From Fimbriimonadia bacterium (GTDB taxonomy: Bacteria; Armatimonadota; Fimbriimonadia; Fimbriimonadales; JABRVX01), in assembly GCA_041483895.1 (NCBI GenBank), contig JBGPGO010000001.1, forward strand, positions 1 to 64,000: a stretch of 64,000 bases of DNA. The letters are read 5' to 3'. Made by a program: the position numbers and the translations under genes. This document shows, piece after piece, positions 17,323 through 27,071 of this stretch. Under the pieces are notes generated by a model. The model was not told where the DNA came from. It saw only the letters and a list, made by a program, of their open reading frames with translations, and ran no database searches. Each line of letters begins with the position of its first letter. Position 1 is the stretch's first letter.

Positions 17323-20300
17323 ATGCCAGACAGAGACATCAACCCGATCTTCTTTGATCCGCGCCGGCGGCGCTGGCCTTGGATCGTCCGAATTGTCACC
17401 GCGCTCAGCATCGTTGGTACTTTGGTACTGATCCTGTTCGGCGTCAGCGTCCTCGGCGCACCCATGCTCCAGATGGTCACGATTCCCAGGCCAAAGTTTC
17501 TTCCGCAGCCGGATTCCCTGGTCCCTGGGCTGAAGGGGCGGGAGAAGAGCGTGCGCAACTACGTGGCCGCCAAGGCCGAGCAGCGGCTGCGGGAGCGGAT
17601 CCGCGCGAGAAAGGCCGTGCCTCTAAAATCGGTGCAGGCGCTGCAACGGCCGGTGGTGGCGGGGTTCTATGTCAATTGGCAATCCACGAGCCTCTCCTCG
17701 CTGCGCGCGCACGTCGGGGAGCTGACGCATTTGATGCCGGAATGGTTGCACCTGACGAAGACCGGCGACGGGATGGTCAATCTGGGGACGGAACTCAACG
17801 ATCCGACGGCCGCCGACCTGGCGCGCAAGAACGGTGTCGCGATTGTGCCCATCCTCAACAACTACTATGGGGATGGGTGGAATTTTGACTCGCTTCACCA
17901 GATGCTTCATCGTCCGGCGTGGCGGTCGGCGGTCATCGCGCAGGTCCACGATTTTCTCATCAAGAACCACTATCAAGGCATCAACATCGATTTGGAGACG
18001 GAGCGGACGGATGATCGGGATGCCCTAACGGATTTTGTGGGGGCGATGAGCGATGCTTTGCGGCCCGACGGTCTGTTGGTGACCGTTTGCGTGCCGGTTG
18101 ACGATGATGCGTTTGATGTCGGCGCGCTTGCTCGCGAGTCGGACTTTATCATTCCCATGCTATATGACGAGCACTACGAAAGCGGCGAGCCAGGTCCGAT
18201 CGCTTCCCAGGGCTGGTACGAGGAACAGTTGGCGAAGGTGATGCAGGAGGCGCCGGCGGACAAGGTGGTATTAGCGGTTGGAAACTATGCGTATGATTGG
18301 GTGGTGGGTAAGAAGGGAGCGGACTCGCCCACCTTTGGCCAAGCGGTGATGACAGCGAAAGAGTCCGCGGATGGCACCGACGGCCGAATCGAGATGGACC
18401 CCCAATCGCGCAATCCGCGATTCACCTATGAGGAGGATGGCAAACGGCACGAGGTGTGGATGCTGGACGCCGTGACATCTTACAACGAATTGAAGGCCGC
18501 CGCGAAGTATCCTGTTCTTGGCCGGGCGCTCTGGTACATGGGATCGGAAGACCCCAGCATTTGGTCGTTCTTCGGTCGGTCGGATGTGATGTCGCCGCCT
18601 GCGGAATTGGAGACGGTTCGGTATCCATTCGAGGTGAATTTTGAGGGAGAGGGGGAGATACTGGATGTAGCCGCGATGCCGACGGATGGTCAGCGTTCGC
18701 TCTCCGTGGGCGCGGATGGGCAGATTGTTCGCGAGAGCTATACGCAGTACCCGACGACGTGTGTGATTCGGCGTTCTGGCTTTGTGCCCAAGACTGTCGC
18801 GCTGACTTTCGATGACGGTCCAGACCCTGAATGGACGCCGCAGATTCTTGACATTCTGCGACAGAAGGGCGTTAGCGCGACGTTTTTTGTCATCGGCGCT
18901 CATGTCAAGAGCGACCCAAAACTGCTGAAGCGGATTTGGGACGAGGGGCATGAGGTCGGAAACCATACGTTCTTTCATCCAAATGTCGCGGCGGTTAGCG
19001 ACATCCGATCGCGGTTCGAGCTCGACGCGACGCAGCGGGCGATTGAGGCGGAAATTGGCCGATCCACGCCTCTGTTCCGGGCGCCGTATTTGGCGGACGC
19101 GGAACCGTCCACACTGGAGGAAGTGCTGCCCCTTATCCAAGCGAAGAAGCTTGGCTATCTGACCATCGGCGAGTCGATCGATCCGGAAGATTGGGACACG
19201 GAGCATCATATCACCGCGGATCAGATCGTGGCGCGGGTTTTGCGCGATCGGAACGCAGGAAACATGATCCTGCTGCATGATGCCGGCGGGGATCGGGAGG
19301 AGACGGTTAAGGCGCTGCCGGAAATTATCGATAGGCTGCGGGCGCTCGGGTATCGATTCGAGACGGTTTCGCAAATTATGGGCTACAAGAACCGGGACAA
19401 TCTGTTCCCTGCTGTTTCGAATCAGGACCGATTCTTGGTTGGCGCGGATCGGATCGTTTTCGAGGGCGCGTTTTGGTCTGAGCGGCTGTTTTACATCGCG
19501 TTTTGGCTTTCTATTTTGTTGGGAGTGGCCAAGATTGCTGTGACGGTGCCGCTTGCGTTGATTCAGGCGCGAAGGGCGAGGCGAGCCCGATTTGATCCCA
19601 ACTATCAGCCTTCGGTTTCCGTGGTCATCGCGGCCTATAATGAGGCGGCCGTGATTCGGCGGACGATTCACTCCGTGCTGCGATCGGATTATCCGGATCT
19701 GGAAGTGATTGTGGTAGATGACGGGAGCACGGATGGCACGTCGGAGGTCGTCGATCGGGAATTTGGCGGCAACGCGAAGGTGACGCTGAACCAAAAGCCG
19801 AACGGAGGAAAGGCGTGCGCGCTCAACCTCGGTATTGCGAAGGTGCGGAGCGAGATCATTGTCAGCCTGGACGCTGATACGCTGTTCTTGCGGAACACGA
19901 TCCCCAACCTCGTACGGCACTTTGAGAATGACAATGTGGGTGCGGTATCCGGCAATGTGAAGGTGGGGAATCGGTCGAATCTGCTCACGCAGTGGCAGTC
20001 GATCGAATATATCACGAGTCAAAACTTCGACCGTCGCGCGTTCGACGTTATGAATTGCATGACGGTTGTGCCGGGCGCGGTGGGTGCATGGCGGCGCAGT
20101 GACGTAATTGACGTCGGCGGCTATTCGCGAGATACTCTTGCCGAAGACATGGACCTCACGTGGCGGATTCGATTGGCCGGAAAACGGATTGTGACAGAGA
20201 ACGATGCGCTCGCCTACACCGAAGCGCCGGAGGGCCTGGGAGGATTTTCTCGGCAGCGGTTCCGATGGGCGTTCGGCACGATGCAATGTCTGTGGAAGCA

Positions 20301-20679
20301 CCGGGGCGCGATGCTGCGGGCGAAATACGGTGTTTTCGGCATGTTCGCCTTACCCAGCCTTTTTGTCAATCAGATCCTGTTTCAGGCGGTCGCGCCGGCG
20401 ATCGATTTGGCGCTCATCATTGCTCTGTTCGCGGGCAACTTGCCGCAATTGCTTTTTTATTACGCCATGTTTCTGGTCATCGAGATGGTGGGCGCGCTGT
20501 TTGCGTTCTCAATGGATCGGGAGCGGAAGCTGCCGATTTTTTTGCTGATGCTGCAGCGATTTGTGTATCGGCAGATCATGATCTACGTCATCCTTCGATC
20601 GATCGCGACGGCGTTGCGCGGGATGCGGACCGGATGGGGTTCCGTGGAGCGGAAGGGCACGGCACGGGCCCCCGGCTAG
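17323..20679 (+). CDS. Tri-domain GH18-like hydrolase / polysaccharide deacetylase / GT2 glycosyltransferase
   Basis: GINIDLE; ALTFDDGP and HEVGNHT (NodB type); VVDDGSTD, DAD, LAEDMD and QRFRW; C-terminal TM helices. Confidence 0.92.
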   Translation: MPDRDINPIFFDPRRRRWPWIVRIVTALSIVGTLVLILFGVSVLGAPMLQMVTIPRPKFLPQPDSLVPGLKGREKSVRNYVAAKAEQRLRERIRARKAVPLKSVQALQRPVVAGFYVNWQSTSLSSLRAHVGELTHLMPEWLHLTKTGDGMVNLGTELNDPTAADLARKNGVAIVPILNNYYGDGWNFDSLHQMLHRPAWRSAVIAQVHDFLIKNHYQGINIDLETERTDDRDALTDFVGAMSDALRPDGLLVTVCVPVDDDAFDVGALARESDFIIPMLYDEHYESGEPGPIASQGWYEEQLAKVMQEAPADKVVLAVGNYAYDWVVGKKGADSPTFGQAVMTAKESADGTDGRIEMDPQSRNPRFTYEEDGKRHEVWMLDAVTSYNELKAAAKYPVLGRALWYMGSEDPSIWSFFGRSDVMSPPAELETVRYPFEVNFEGEGEILDVAAMPTDGQRSLSVGADGQIVRESYTQYPTTCVIRRSGFVPKTVALTFDDGPDPEWTPQILDILRQKGVSATFFVIGAHVKSDPKLLKRIWDEGHEVGNHTFFHPNVAAVSDIRSRFELDATQRAIEAEIGRSTPLFRAPYLADAEPSTLEEVLPLIQAKKLGYLTIGESIDPEDWDTEHHITADQIVARVLRDRNAGNMILLHDAGGDREETVKALPEIIDRLRALGYRFETVSQIMGYKNRDNLFPAVSNQDRFLVGADRIVFEGAFWSERLFYIAFWLSILLGVAKIAVTVPLALIQARRARRARFDPNYQPSVSVVIAAYNEAAVIRRTIHSVLRSDYPDLEVIVVDDGSTDGTSEVVDREFGGNAKVTLNQKPNGGKACALNLGIAKVRSEIIVSLDADTLFLRNTIPNLVRHFENDNVGAVSGNVKVGNRSNLLTQWQSIEYITSQNFDRRAFDVMNCMTVVPGAVGAWRRSDVIDVGGYSRDTLAEDMDLTWRIRLAGKRIVTENDALAYTEAPEGLGGFSRQRFRWAFGTMQCLWKHRGAMLRAKYGVFGMFALPSLFVNQILFQAVAPAIDLALIIALFAGNLPQLLFYYAMFLVIEMVGALFAFSMDRERKLPIFLLMLQRFVYRQIMIYVILRSIATALRGMRTGWGSVERKGTARAPG

Positions 20680-20725
20680 AAAGCAGGCAAGTATTTGAGC
20701 GCGTCGAAGCATATTTGAAGAGGAG

Positions 20726-21451
20726 ATGAATATGGAAACACTCGATCGCCGACAGTTTTTGACCACCGCCGCGGGTACCGCAGCAGCATTCGCCCTGTTC
20801 CCGGCCGCTTCGCGCGCCGCAACGACCCAAGCCGCCGTCCAGCCCAAGCTGGTCCGGGTCCCAACGGAAGACGACATCAAGAAGGCGCTCGGCACCGCTT
20901 CCGCCGGCATCAGCGAGGCGACTCACAAGATGCACCTCGGACTATGGCAAGGCTATGCACGCAAAACGAACGAGATTCGCCAGGCGCTGGCCGAGCTGGA
21001 TACCGATCCCGCCAAGGGCAACCAGATTTACAGCCATACGCGCGCACTGAAGGCCAATTACGGCTTCGCGCTCGGGGGATATAAGAATCACGCGGTCTAC
21101 TTTGACACGCTTGGCGGCGCGGGTGGTTCGGCTTCGGGCGATGTCGCGACGCTGATCAACGAGGCGTATGGATCGTTTGACAAATGGGCCGCGGACATGA
21201 AAATCACGGGTCTTTCTGGCAGGGGATGGGCGTTTCTGGCGTACGACCGGGACGAGCAGCGCGTGTTCAATTTTATTGGCGACGCGCAGGACAGCTTCCC
21301 TGCTTGGAACTGTTCGCTGATCTTGGCGCTGGATGTGTATGAGCATGCGTACCTGCTGGACTTTCAGGCGGCACGGGCGAAGTACATAGATGCCTGGTTC
21401 AAGGTGATTGACTGGAGCGCGGTGAACGCGCGTCTAGCACGTGGGAGGTAG
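20726..21451 (+). CDS. Fe/Mn superoxide dismutase with Tat signal
   Basis: DRRQFL twin-arginine motif; metal ligands in MHL, NHAVYF and LDVYEHAY. Confidence 0.88.
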   Translation: MNMETLDRRQFLTTAAGTAAAFALFPAASRAATTQAAVQPKLVRVPTEDDIKKALGTASAGISEATHKMHLGLWQGYARKTNEIRQALAELDTDPAKGNQIYSHTRALKANYGFALGGYKNHAVYFDTLGGAGGSASGDVATLINEAYGSFDKWAADMKITGLSGRGWAFLAYDRDEQRVFNFIGDAQDSFPAWNCSLILALDVYEHAYLLDFQAARAKYIDAWFKVIDWSAVNARLARGR

Positions 21452-24400
21452 ATTTCCTGGGTCGGCGAATGGGGATCTCGCTGAACCGTACACGGACTGT
21501 GATACGCTTGCCGGTGGTAGTTAAAGCTCGGGCCGCGATGCGGACGATTTCGCGCTTGGGATCGAAATCGTTCCACGTCTTGCCGTTGACCATAACCGCC
21601 TTCATGGGGAGCCCCTTTGGATGGCGAATGCGGATGACGATCGCTTTCGGGGTACTTCGTTGTGGTGGATCGATAACGGCCTCAATGACGCCGCTATTAA
21701 CGTGCGAAAAGATGCGGAAGCCGACCGGGCCGAACAACGTCGGCGCCCGCTTCACCTCGACAACCATGCCGTCTTTCATCCAGTTGCTGGTCACGAACGG
21801 GGCCAACCATAGTTCGTCGCCACGCTCTTTCACAAACATGAACCGAGTCTGTTGCAAGAAGACACCTGTTTCGTGCGTCTTGTCGGGCGCGCCGGAGTGA
21901 TGGAAGTGCTCCCAAAGGGTTAGGTTTCGCTGGTTGAGCATTGCGGCGAGGGCATTGAAGTATGACCGAATGAACGGCTTGACGTCGTCGCGCATCGCAT
22001 ACACCTCGGCAAGACGGGCATAGTAGGGCTGGACCTTTGAAAAGCCTCCCTTATCGAACCAGTCTTCGTGGTTTGTGTCGGCGGGATAGTCGAACCAGCC
22101 GTCAGATAGGAACATCACGTCTTCCATGTGGTTCGCGATTTGCCGGGCATCGGTTCCATCGGCGGGCAGGATGCCTTGCTGGACCAGGTTGTGCGCGCCT
22201 ATCTCGACGTCGTAGGCCCAGGATCGCGAGCCGTCGTCTCCTGGGAAAAACCGTCCGAGCGGTCCCGGGCAGTCCACCTGCGATGGGTAGCCGGGAATCC
22301 AGGTCCCGTCTTGCAAGGGAACCACTGGCGTGCGGGCCTGAGTCCATCGATAGGCTCGAAGGATGTCCTGTTTGTAGGCGCGTGCTTCTTTGATGAAGCC
22401 ATCCGCATCGGCGTGCCCTACCGCTTTGAGCGCCTTGCCCGCAAACTCGAGACCCGCGCAGAACATGCCGTTAGAATAGTAGTAGTACTGGTAGGCGTTC
22501 CAGTCGGCGATGACCCCAGGCGGGATAAGCCCGAACTGTGGCGGTTTGCGCCCCAAGGGATCCAGCTTCATGGTCTTGCGCCGTTGCGCGATGACCCATC
22601 GGCACACGCGAGCGACTTCATCCGCGCGCGGCTTTAGCCACTCTAGATCCGGGCTGAGTGCGAGCGCTTCCCCTAGAGTCCAGAGGTGCCATCCCGTTCC
22701 AAGCAACGTGTAGCCGGTGGTGAGGAAGCCCTCGCGGTTGTAGAGATGGATGAAATAGTCGAGGCACTTCTCCGCGAATTCGCGATGCCCGGTGAGCGCC
22801 ATGCCGCGGATGATGGTGTTGGCCTCGCTTTCGAGCGGCCCATAGTGAATCTGAGCGATCCAAGGCGCAATGCGATCGCCGTCGTTTCGGGCATCCACGA
22901 TGCACCGCATCTGGGAGCTGACGATGACATCCTGAAGCAGCTTATCCGGGATATTGACCTGCATGCCTTGCGACGCTGTCGTTTGCCAATATGCGGCGAA
23001 CGACTTTGCGAAGGATTGTTCATCGATGCTCGTTAGGCTCGGGTCATCGGCTTTCGGGTTCCACCCAGGGATCGCGACCAGCAACACGCCTTCGCCTGAC
23101 CCGGTTATGTGAAGAACTCCTTCGCTCGCAGTGGCCTTTAGCGATCCGAGGGAATCCAGCTTGACAACTGCCACCAGCGTTTCGCCGTCCATTACTTGCG
23201 CTCGACCCTTCCCCAACTCCACTTTGGCCATCGTGCCCACGTTGCGATCGCGGAAGAACGGCAAATCGAATTGGATCGGCCCGCCGTGAAAGGCGAAGGA
23301 CGCCAGAAACAGACCCCGTCCGTTTTCGGGCGCGACGAATGCCCGGTACTCGGATCGAGCGTCAACTGCCATCACCTGACAGCGGACCGACGGCATCCAG
23401 CGCTTCATGCCATCGGCAAGCCCGGCTGCCCCCAGGATTGCCTCGAAGGGCTTGCCATTCAAGCGGGGTTGAAAGCCGTACTTGCGCTCGGCAAACGGCA
23501 GCTCCCGATCGGGCGGTTCCGGGGCGCCCTTCCAGCCCGCGCCGCCGTCTTCCTCAACAAGCCACTTCCAGTTGTCCGAACCGAGCGCAAGCAGCGTCGG
23601 GCCGTGGTCTTGAACCGGATTGTGCGTGCGCTTCATTGCGCCCGCGAAGGTCTGATCCGGCATCTTGCGCACGCGATCCAGCACGGTCTCTTTCTTTGCG
23701 ATGGCTTTCTTGTAGGCTGCCAAAGTCATCGCTTTCGGTCCGCCTGAAACGAATATACCCAGGTCCTTCACGTACACGGAGCCGTTCGCCAGCACGTCGC
23801 TCAGGGCGACGCTGAAGCCGGCATTCGGCGCCTCGAAACGGAGCATCGGCTGAGCCGGGGTATCGTCCCAACCTAAGGACAGTGGGTAGCGGATATTCAA
23901 AGTGATCGGCTGAGATGTCTGCCATTTCTGTGGAGTCATTGCGGCGTTGTAGGCGGCGACGGCGATCGACCGGGCTGCTATCTTATCCGCCACCAGCTTC
24001 GCCGTCAGGGTATGCATTCGGCAGCTTTGCAGGGCGCGCAGCCGAACGTTAGCGGGCAGGCATTGGAGCACCCATCGCACTTTGCGGAAACCGGCGCCGA
24101 GGCGTTCTGCCTGATCCAATTCGAACTCCAAGCTGCTGCCTTCAAGTCGCACGACACCGGCAAGGGTTTTCCAGTCGCCCTGAAATGGATACGGACCGAT
24201 CCAGGCCTGTACGCGCACATTGGCCGCATCCGGCAACTTCGCGCCTGGCGGATACTCGAGGACCAGGCGCTGAATCCGCCGCCGCTCGAGCCACGTAAGG
24301 CCGATGCAACCGTTGGCGGGCAATGGGTAGGTCCCCATGCGGTTCGGCTTTACCGGCTGGTCCAGATACACATCCTCGGCGTGGAACTCCTCGATTCTGC

Positions 24401-24980
24401 CGGCCCTCGCGCCATCCATCCTTGACGGATCCCACGTCGTCACCTGGCCGAACGGCGCGATATCGAACCAATCTCTCTTGTCCGGCATCGCATTCGGGGA
24501 CAAGGTAAGTCGCGCATCCGCCCAATCCGCACAGTCGCAATTGATTCCATCGCCCGCGCTGCCGGCTTGAAGCCGCAACTCCTTCGCACCCGAAAGCGGA
24601 ATGTGCACGGCCTTTGCCGCTGTGGACTGGTACATGACGCCGCTCTCGAACACTTTCTTGCCGTCGACAAGCACGAGGAAGGCGACCGAGCCCTCCGTGG
24701 AATTCTGTTGCTGGACCCCGACTTCGGCATCGAACGCATCGTATCGCCCTTCGAGGTCGACGACGATGACGCCAGGCGCGTGATGCCCGAGACCCTTGGC
24801 ATATGGCTTCGAGCCAATCTGCATTTTGAGCGGCTCCTGCCCGGAAGCGTGGGCGCTGACGTTCATTCCCAGTTCGCCCCAGCCCTGCTCCACGTGGACA
24901 AGCCGATCCGGAATATCGCTGAGCCACTCCATTTTTTGAAGCCCTCCCGTCAAAACCGCGCAGACTAAAGCCAAGATCAT
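21399..24980 (-). CDS. Secreted NPCBM/NEW2-domain protein with a probable C-terminal (alpha/alpha)6 glycoside hydrolase domain
   Basis: QGWG...GLGHHA...DCADWADARL (NPCBM). TLWEH and L.LAP...W..G.....APT.FG are typical of six-hairpin glycosidase C-termini. Confidence 0.75.
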   Translation of the reverse strand: MILALVCAVLTGGLQKMEWLSDIPDRLVHVEQGWGELGMNVSAHASGQEPLKMQIGSKPYAKGLGHHAPGVIVVDLEGRYDAFDAEVGVQQQNSTEGSVAFLVLVDGKKVFESGVMYQSTAAKAVHIPLSGAKELRLQAGSAGDGINCDCADWADARLTLSPNAMPDKRDWFDIAPFGQVTTWDPSRMDGARAGRIEEFHAEDVYLDQPVKPNRMGTYPLPANGCIGLTWLERRRIQRLVLEYPPGAKLPDAANVRVQAWIGPYPFQGDWKTLAGVVRLEGSSLEFELDQAERLGAGFRKVRWVLQCLPANVRLRALQSCRMHTLTAKLVADKIAARSIAVAAYNAAMTPQKWQTSQPITLNIRYPLSLGWDDTPAQPMLRFEAPNAGFSVALSDVLANGSVYVKDLGIFVSGGPKAMTLAAYKKAIAKKETVLDRVRKMPDQTFAGAMKRTHNPVQDHGPTLLALGSDNWKWLVEEDGGAGWKGAPEPPDRELPFAERKYGFQPRLNGKPFEAILGAAGLADGMKRWMPSVRCQVMAVDARSEYRAFVAPENGRGLFLASFAFHGGPIQFDLPFFRDRNVGTMAKVELGKGRAQVMDGETLVAVVKLDSLGSLKATASEGVLHITGSGEGVLLVAIPGWNPKADDPSLTSIDEQSFAKSFAAYWQTTASQGMQVNIPDKLLQDVIVSSQMRCIVDARNDGDRIAPWIAQIHYGPLESEANTIIRGMALTGHREFAEKCLDYFIHLYNREGFLTTGYTLLGTGWHLWTLGEALALSPDLEWLKPRADEVARVCRWVIAQRRKTMKLDPLGRKPPQFGLIPPGVIADWNAYQYYYYSNGMFCAGLEFAGKALKAVGHADADGFIKEARAYKQDILRAYRWTQARTPVVPLQDGTWIPGYPSQVDCPGPLGRFFPGDDGSRSWAYDVEIGAHNLVQQGILPADGTDARQIANHMEDVMFLSDGWFDYPADTNHEDWFDKGGFSKVQPYYARLAEVYAMRDDVKPFIRSYFNALAAMLNQRNLTLWEHFHHSGAPDKTHETGVFLQQTRFMFVKERGDELWLAPFVTSNWMKDGMVVEVKRAPTLFGPVGFRIFSHVNSGVIEAVIDPPQRSTPKAIVIRIRHPKGLPMKAVMVNGKTWNDFDPKREIVRIAARALTTTGKRITVRVRFSEIPIRRPRKSTSHVLDARSPRSSQSP
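21457..21476 (-). other. Degenerate copy of the tRNA-His 3' end (candidate att site)
   Basis: CTGGGTCGGCGAATGGGGAT versus CTGGGGCGGCGAACGGGGAT at 49077-49096 (18/20 identical, same orientation). Confidence 0.65.
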
Positions 24981-25022
24981 TGGGTTGCTCCTAAACGCAT
25001 ACCGACCCCTTTCAACCGCTAA

Positions 25023-26957
25023 CTACTTCGTGACCTTCACCAAGACGACGCCATGGCGCTCGACGTTCGCAGAAAATTTGCCTTTGTAAACGCCCAGATT
25101 TTTCTGACGCCACAGATCGCGGACCAACATTTGACCCTTCTTTCCGAAGTCTTTCCATTCGACATTAACTTGCTGAGATACATCGCCCAAATTGAACAGG
25201 CCTACCGCGTAGCCTCCACCCTCGAGCGGTTTCGCCCAGACTTCCCTATCGCCGTCCTTCGAAACCCGCTTTGCGGCTTTGACGAGAGGGTCTTGATCCA
25301 CCGCCAGAACCTCGTCATTTGTTAGGAGGCTCAACGTGAACGGATCAAGGCTGGTGATATCTCCGCTCAAAATCAGTGGTGCGGCGAGCAGGCACCAGAG
25401 GGAGACCTGCGTATATTGCTCATTCGGTGTAAACGGCGTTTTTCGAAGTTTGCCGCCGGCGCCGGCGATATTCCCCAGCAGAAGATAGTCAGGATCATTG
25501 AACGCTCCAGGCCCGGCCCACTTCTCCAGATGTTTCTTGGCATACAGCTCAAAACCGTCTTCGAATAGGGTGAACCCGGAACCAAGGTCTCCTGCGGTAC
25601 GCCAGCTATGCCCGCCGACGTCCTTTCCCCACTTCCAAACCTGTCCCATTCCGTACTGGCATAGATTGAACACAATGTCTCGCTTTTGGCGCTTCAAGAT
25701 GTCGCCCATCAGGCTGTAGGGTTTTTGTAGCCCAGCCACACCTTCCGACTCGGCATGATAGCTGCACCAGTCATACTTCAGGAAGTCGAAACCCCAATCG
25801 GAAAAGGTTTCAGCGTCAAGCTTCTCGTGGCCGAATGCGCCCTCGTATCCCGCACACGTGGTCGGCCCGGGCGACGTGTAAATTCCAGCGCGCAGCCCTT
25901 TGCCATGTATGTAAAGTGTCAGCGCGCGCATGTCCGGGAACTTTCCGTTGGGCAAGAGCCGACCGTCCGCGCCGCGGGTCGGTGCGCCTAGCACGGGGTC
26001 CGCGCTTCCCGGCGCGCGCGCCCAGCAATCGTCAATGTTGACGTACTGCCAACCGTGCTGGATGAGCCCGGTGCGAACCATGGCATCCGCCGCCGCGCGC
26101 ATAATCTTGTCGCTGACCTGATCGGTCCACACGTACCAACTGTTCCAGCCCATGTGTGGCGTGAGAGCGATCTCGTTGCCACAGATGAATCGTATCGACC
26201 GTTGGGCGGAGCCCCGCGCGTTCGTTGCCGTGAACTTCACCGGATAGGTTCCTGGTTTCGAGATGGTCCCGGTTACAAGACCACTCGCGGGATCGATCTT
26301 CAGCCCGCGCGGCAGGCCCTTTGCGGAATATCGCATCGGCCGATCTCCGGTAACGGGAAGGCTGTAGAGGACGGGCGATCCGGGGCGCCCGCCGAAGAGG
26401 CTCGGGCCGTTGATCCTCGGCTTCTTTGGCGCGGGCGGAGTCAGGATGACGGGCTTCTCGACCGCTGGGACGAAGGAGGCCGGAGCGCTACCCGAGTACT
26501 CGATCGTTGCCTCAGCCCAATCAGCGTGGTCGAACGAAATCCCATCTCCCGCGTCGTCGACTTCGAGGCTAAGAAGTTTGACACCGGCGAGCGGCACGTC
26601 CAGTTCGAGCGCCGAGTGTTTCCAGGAAACCACCCCGCTCTTCCAAAGGAGCCTTCCGTCACCAACAATCCGGAACTCGATGCTGGCCTGCGCCGATTTC
26701 GCGTTGTCGTCCACCCCGGTGAACGAATGGAAACGCTTGGCTTTGCCGTCCAGTCGAATTTTGAACACGCTCTTGGCGTGGGTTCCAAGGCCTGTGGCGA
26801 ACTCGCGCCCAGCTATGATGAGCGGTGTCATGGTGACCGACATGTTGCGCATGGGCTTTCCCCAACCTTGGCGAACATTGGTGAGGTCGAGGTCTGCCAC
26901 TGCAATGGAAGCACTGGTGGACTGTGGTATCGCGAAGACGAGGAGGGCAAGTAGCAT
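25023..26957 (-). CDS. GH27 alpha-galactosidase with NPCBM and Ig-like domains
   Basis: TPHMGWNSW, YVNIDDCW, DFLKYDWC, SWRTAGD and NDPDYL motifs. Confidence 0.92.
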   Translation of the reverse strand: MLLALLVFAIPQSTSASIAVADLDLTNVRQGWGKPMRNMSVTMTPLIIAGREFATGLGTHAKSVFKIRLDGKAKRFHSFTGVDDNAKSAQASIEFRIVGDGRLLWKSGVVSWKHSALELDVPLAGVKLLSLEVDDAGDGISFDHADWAEATIEYSGSAPASFVPAVEKPVILTPPAPKKPRINGPSLFGGRPGSPVLYSLPVTGDRPMRYSAKGLPRGLKIDPASGLVTGTISKPGTYPVKFTATNARGSAQRSIRFICGNEIALTPHMGWNSWYVWTDQVSDKIMRAAADAMVRTGLIQHGWQYVNIDDCWARAPGSADPVLGAPTRGADGRLLPNGKFPDMRALTLYIHGKGLRAGIYTSPGPTTCAGYEGAFGHEKLDAETFSDWGFDFLKYDWCSYHAESEGVAGLQKPYSLMGDILKRQKRDIVFNLCQYGMGQVWKWGKDVGGHSWRTAGDLGSGFTLFEDGFELYAKKHLEKWAGPGAFNDPDYLLLGNIAGAGGKLRKTPFTPNEQYTQVSLWCLLAAPLILSGDITSLDPFTLSLLTNDEVLAVDQDPLVKAAKRVSKDGDREVWAKPLEGGGYAVGLFNLGDVSQQVNVEWKDFGKKGQMLVRDLWRQKNLGVYKGKFSANVERHGVVLVKVTK

Positions 26958-27071
26958 GGGCGTCGATTCCTTTCGAGTTGACGTCCTAGTCTAGCCCATC
27001 TTGTCTAGCATGGAAAACCCTGGCGTCCGGGCGGGAGGACAGACCCGTCGGCGTGTTGAATCAAATTGGAC

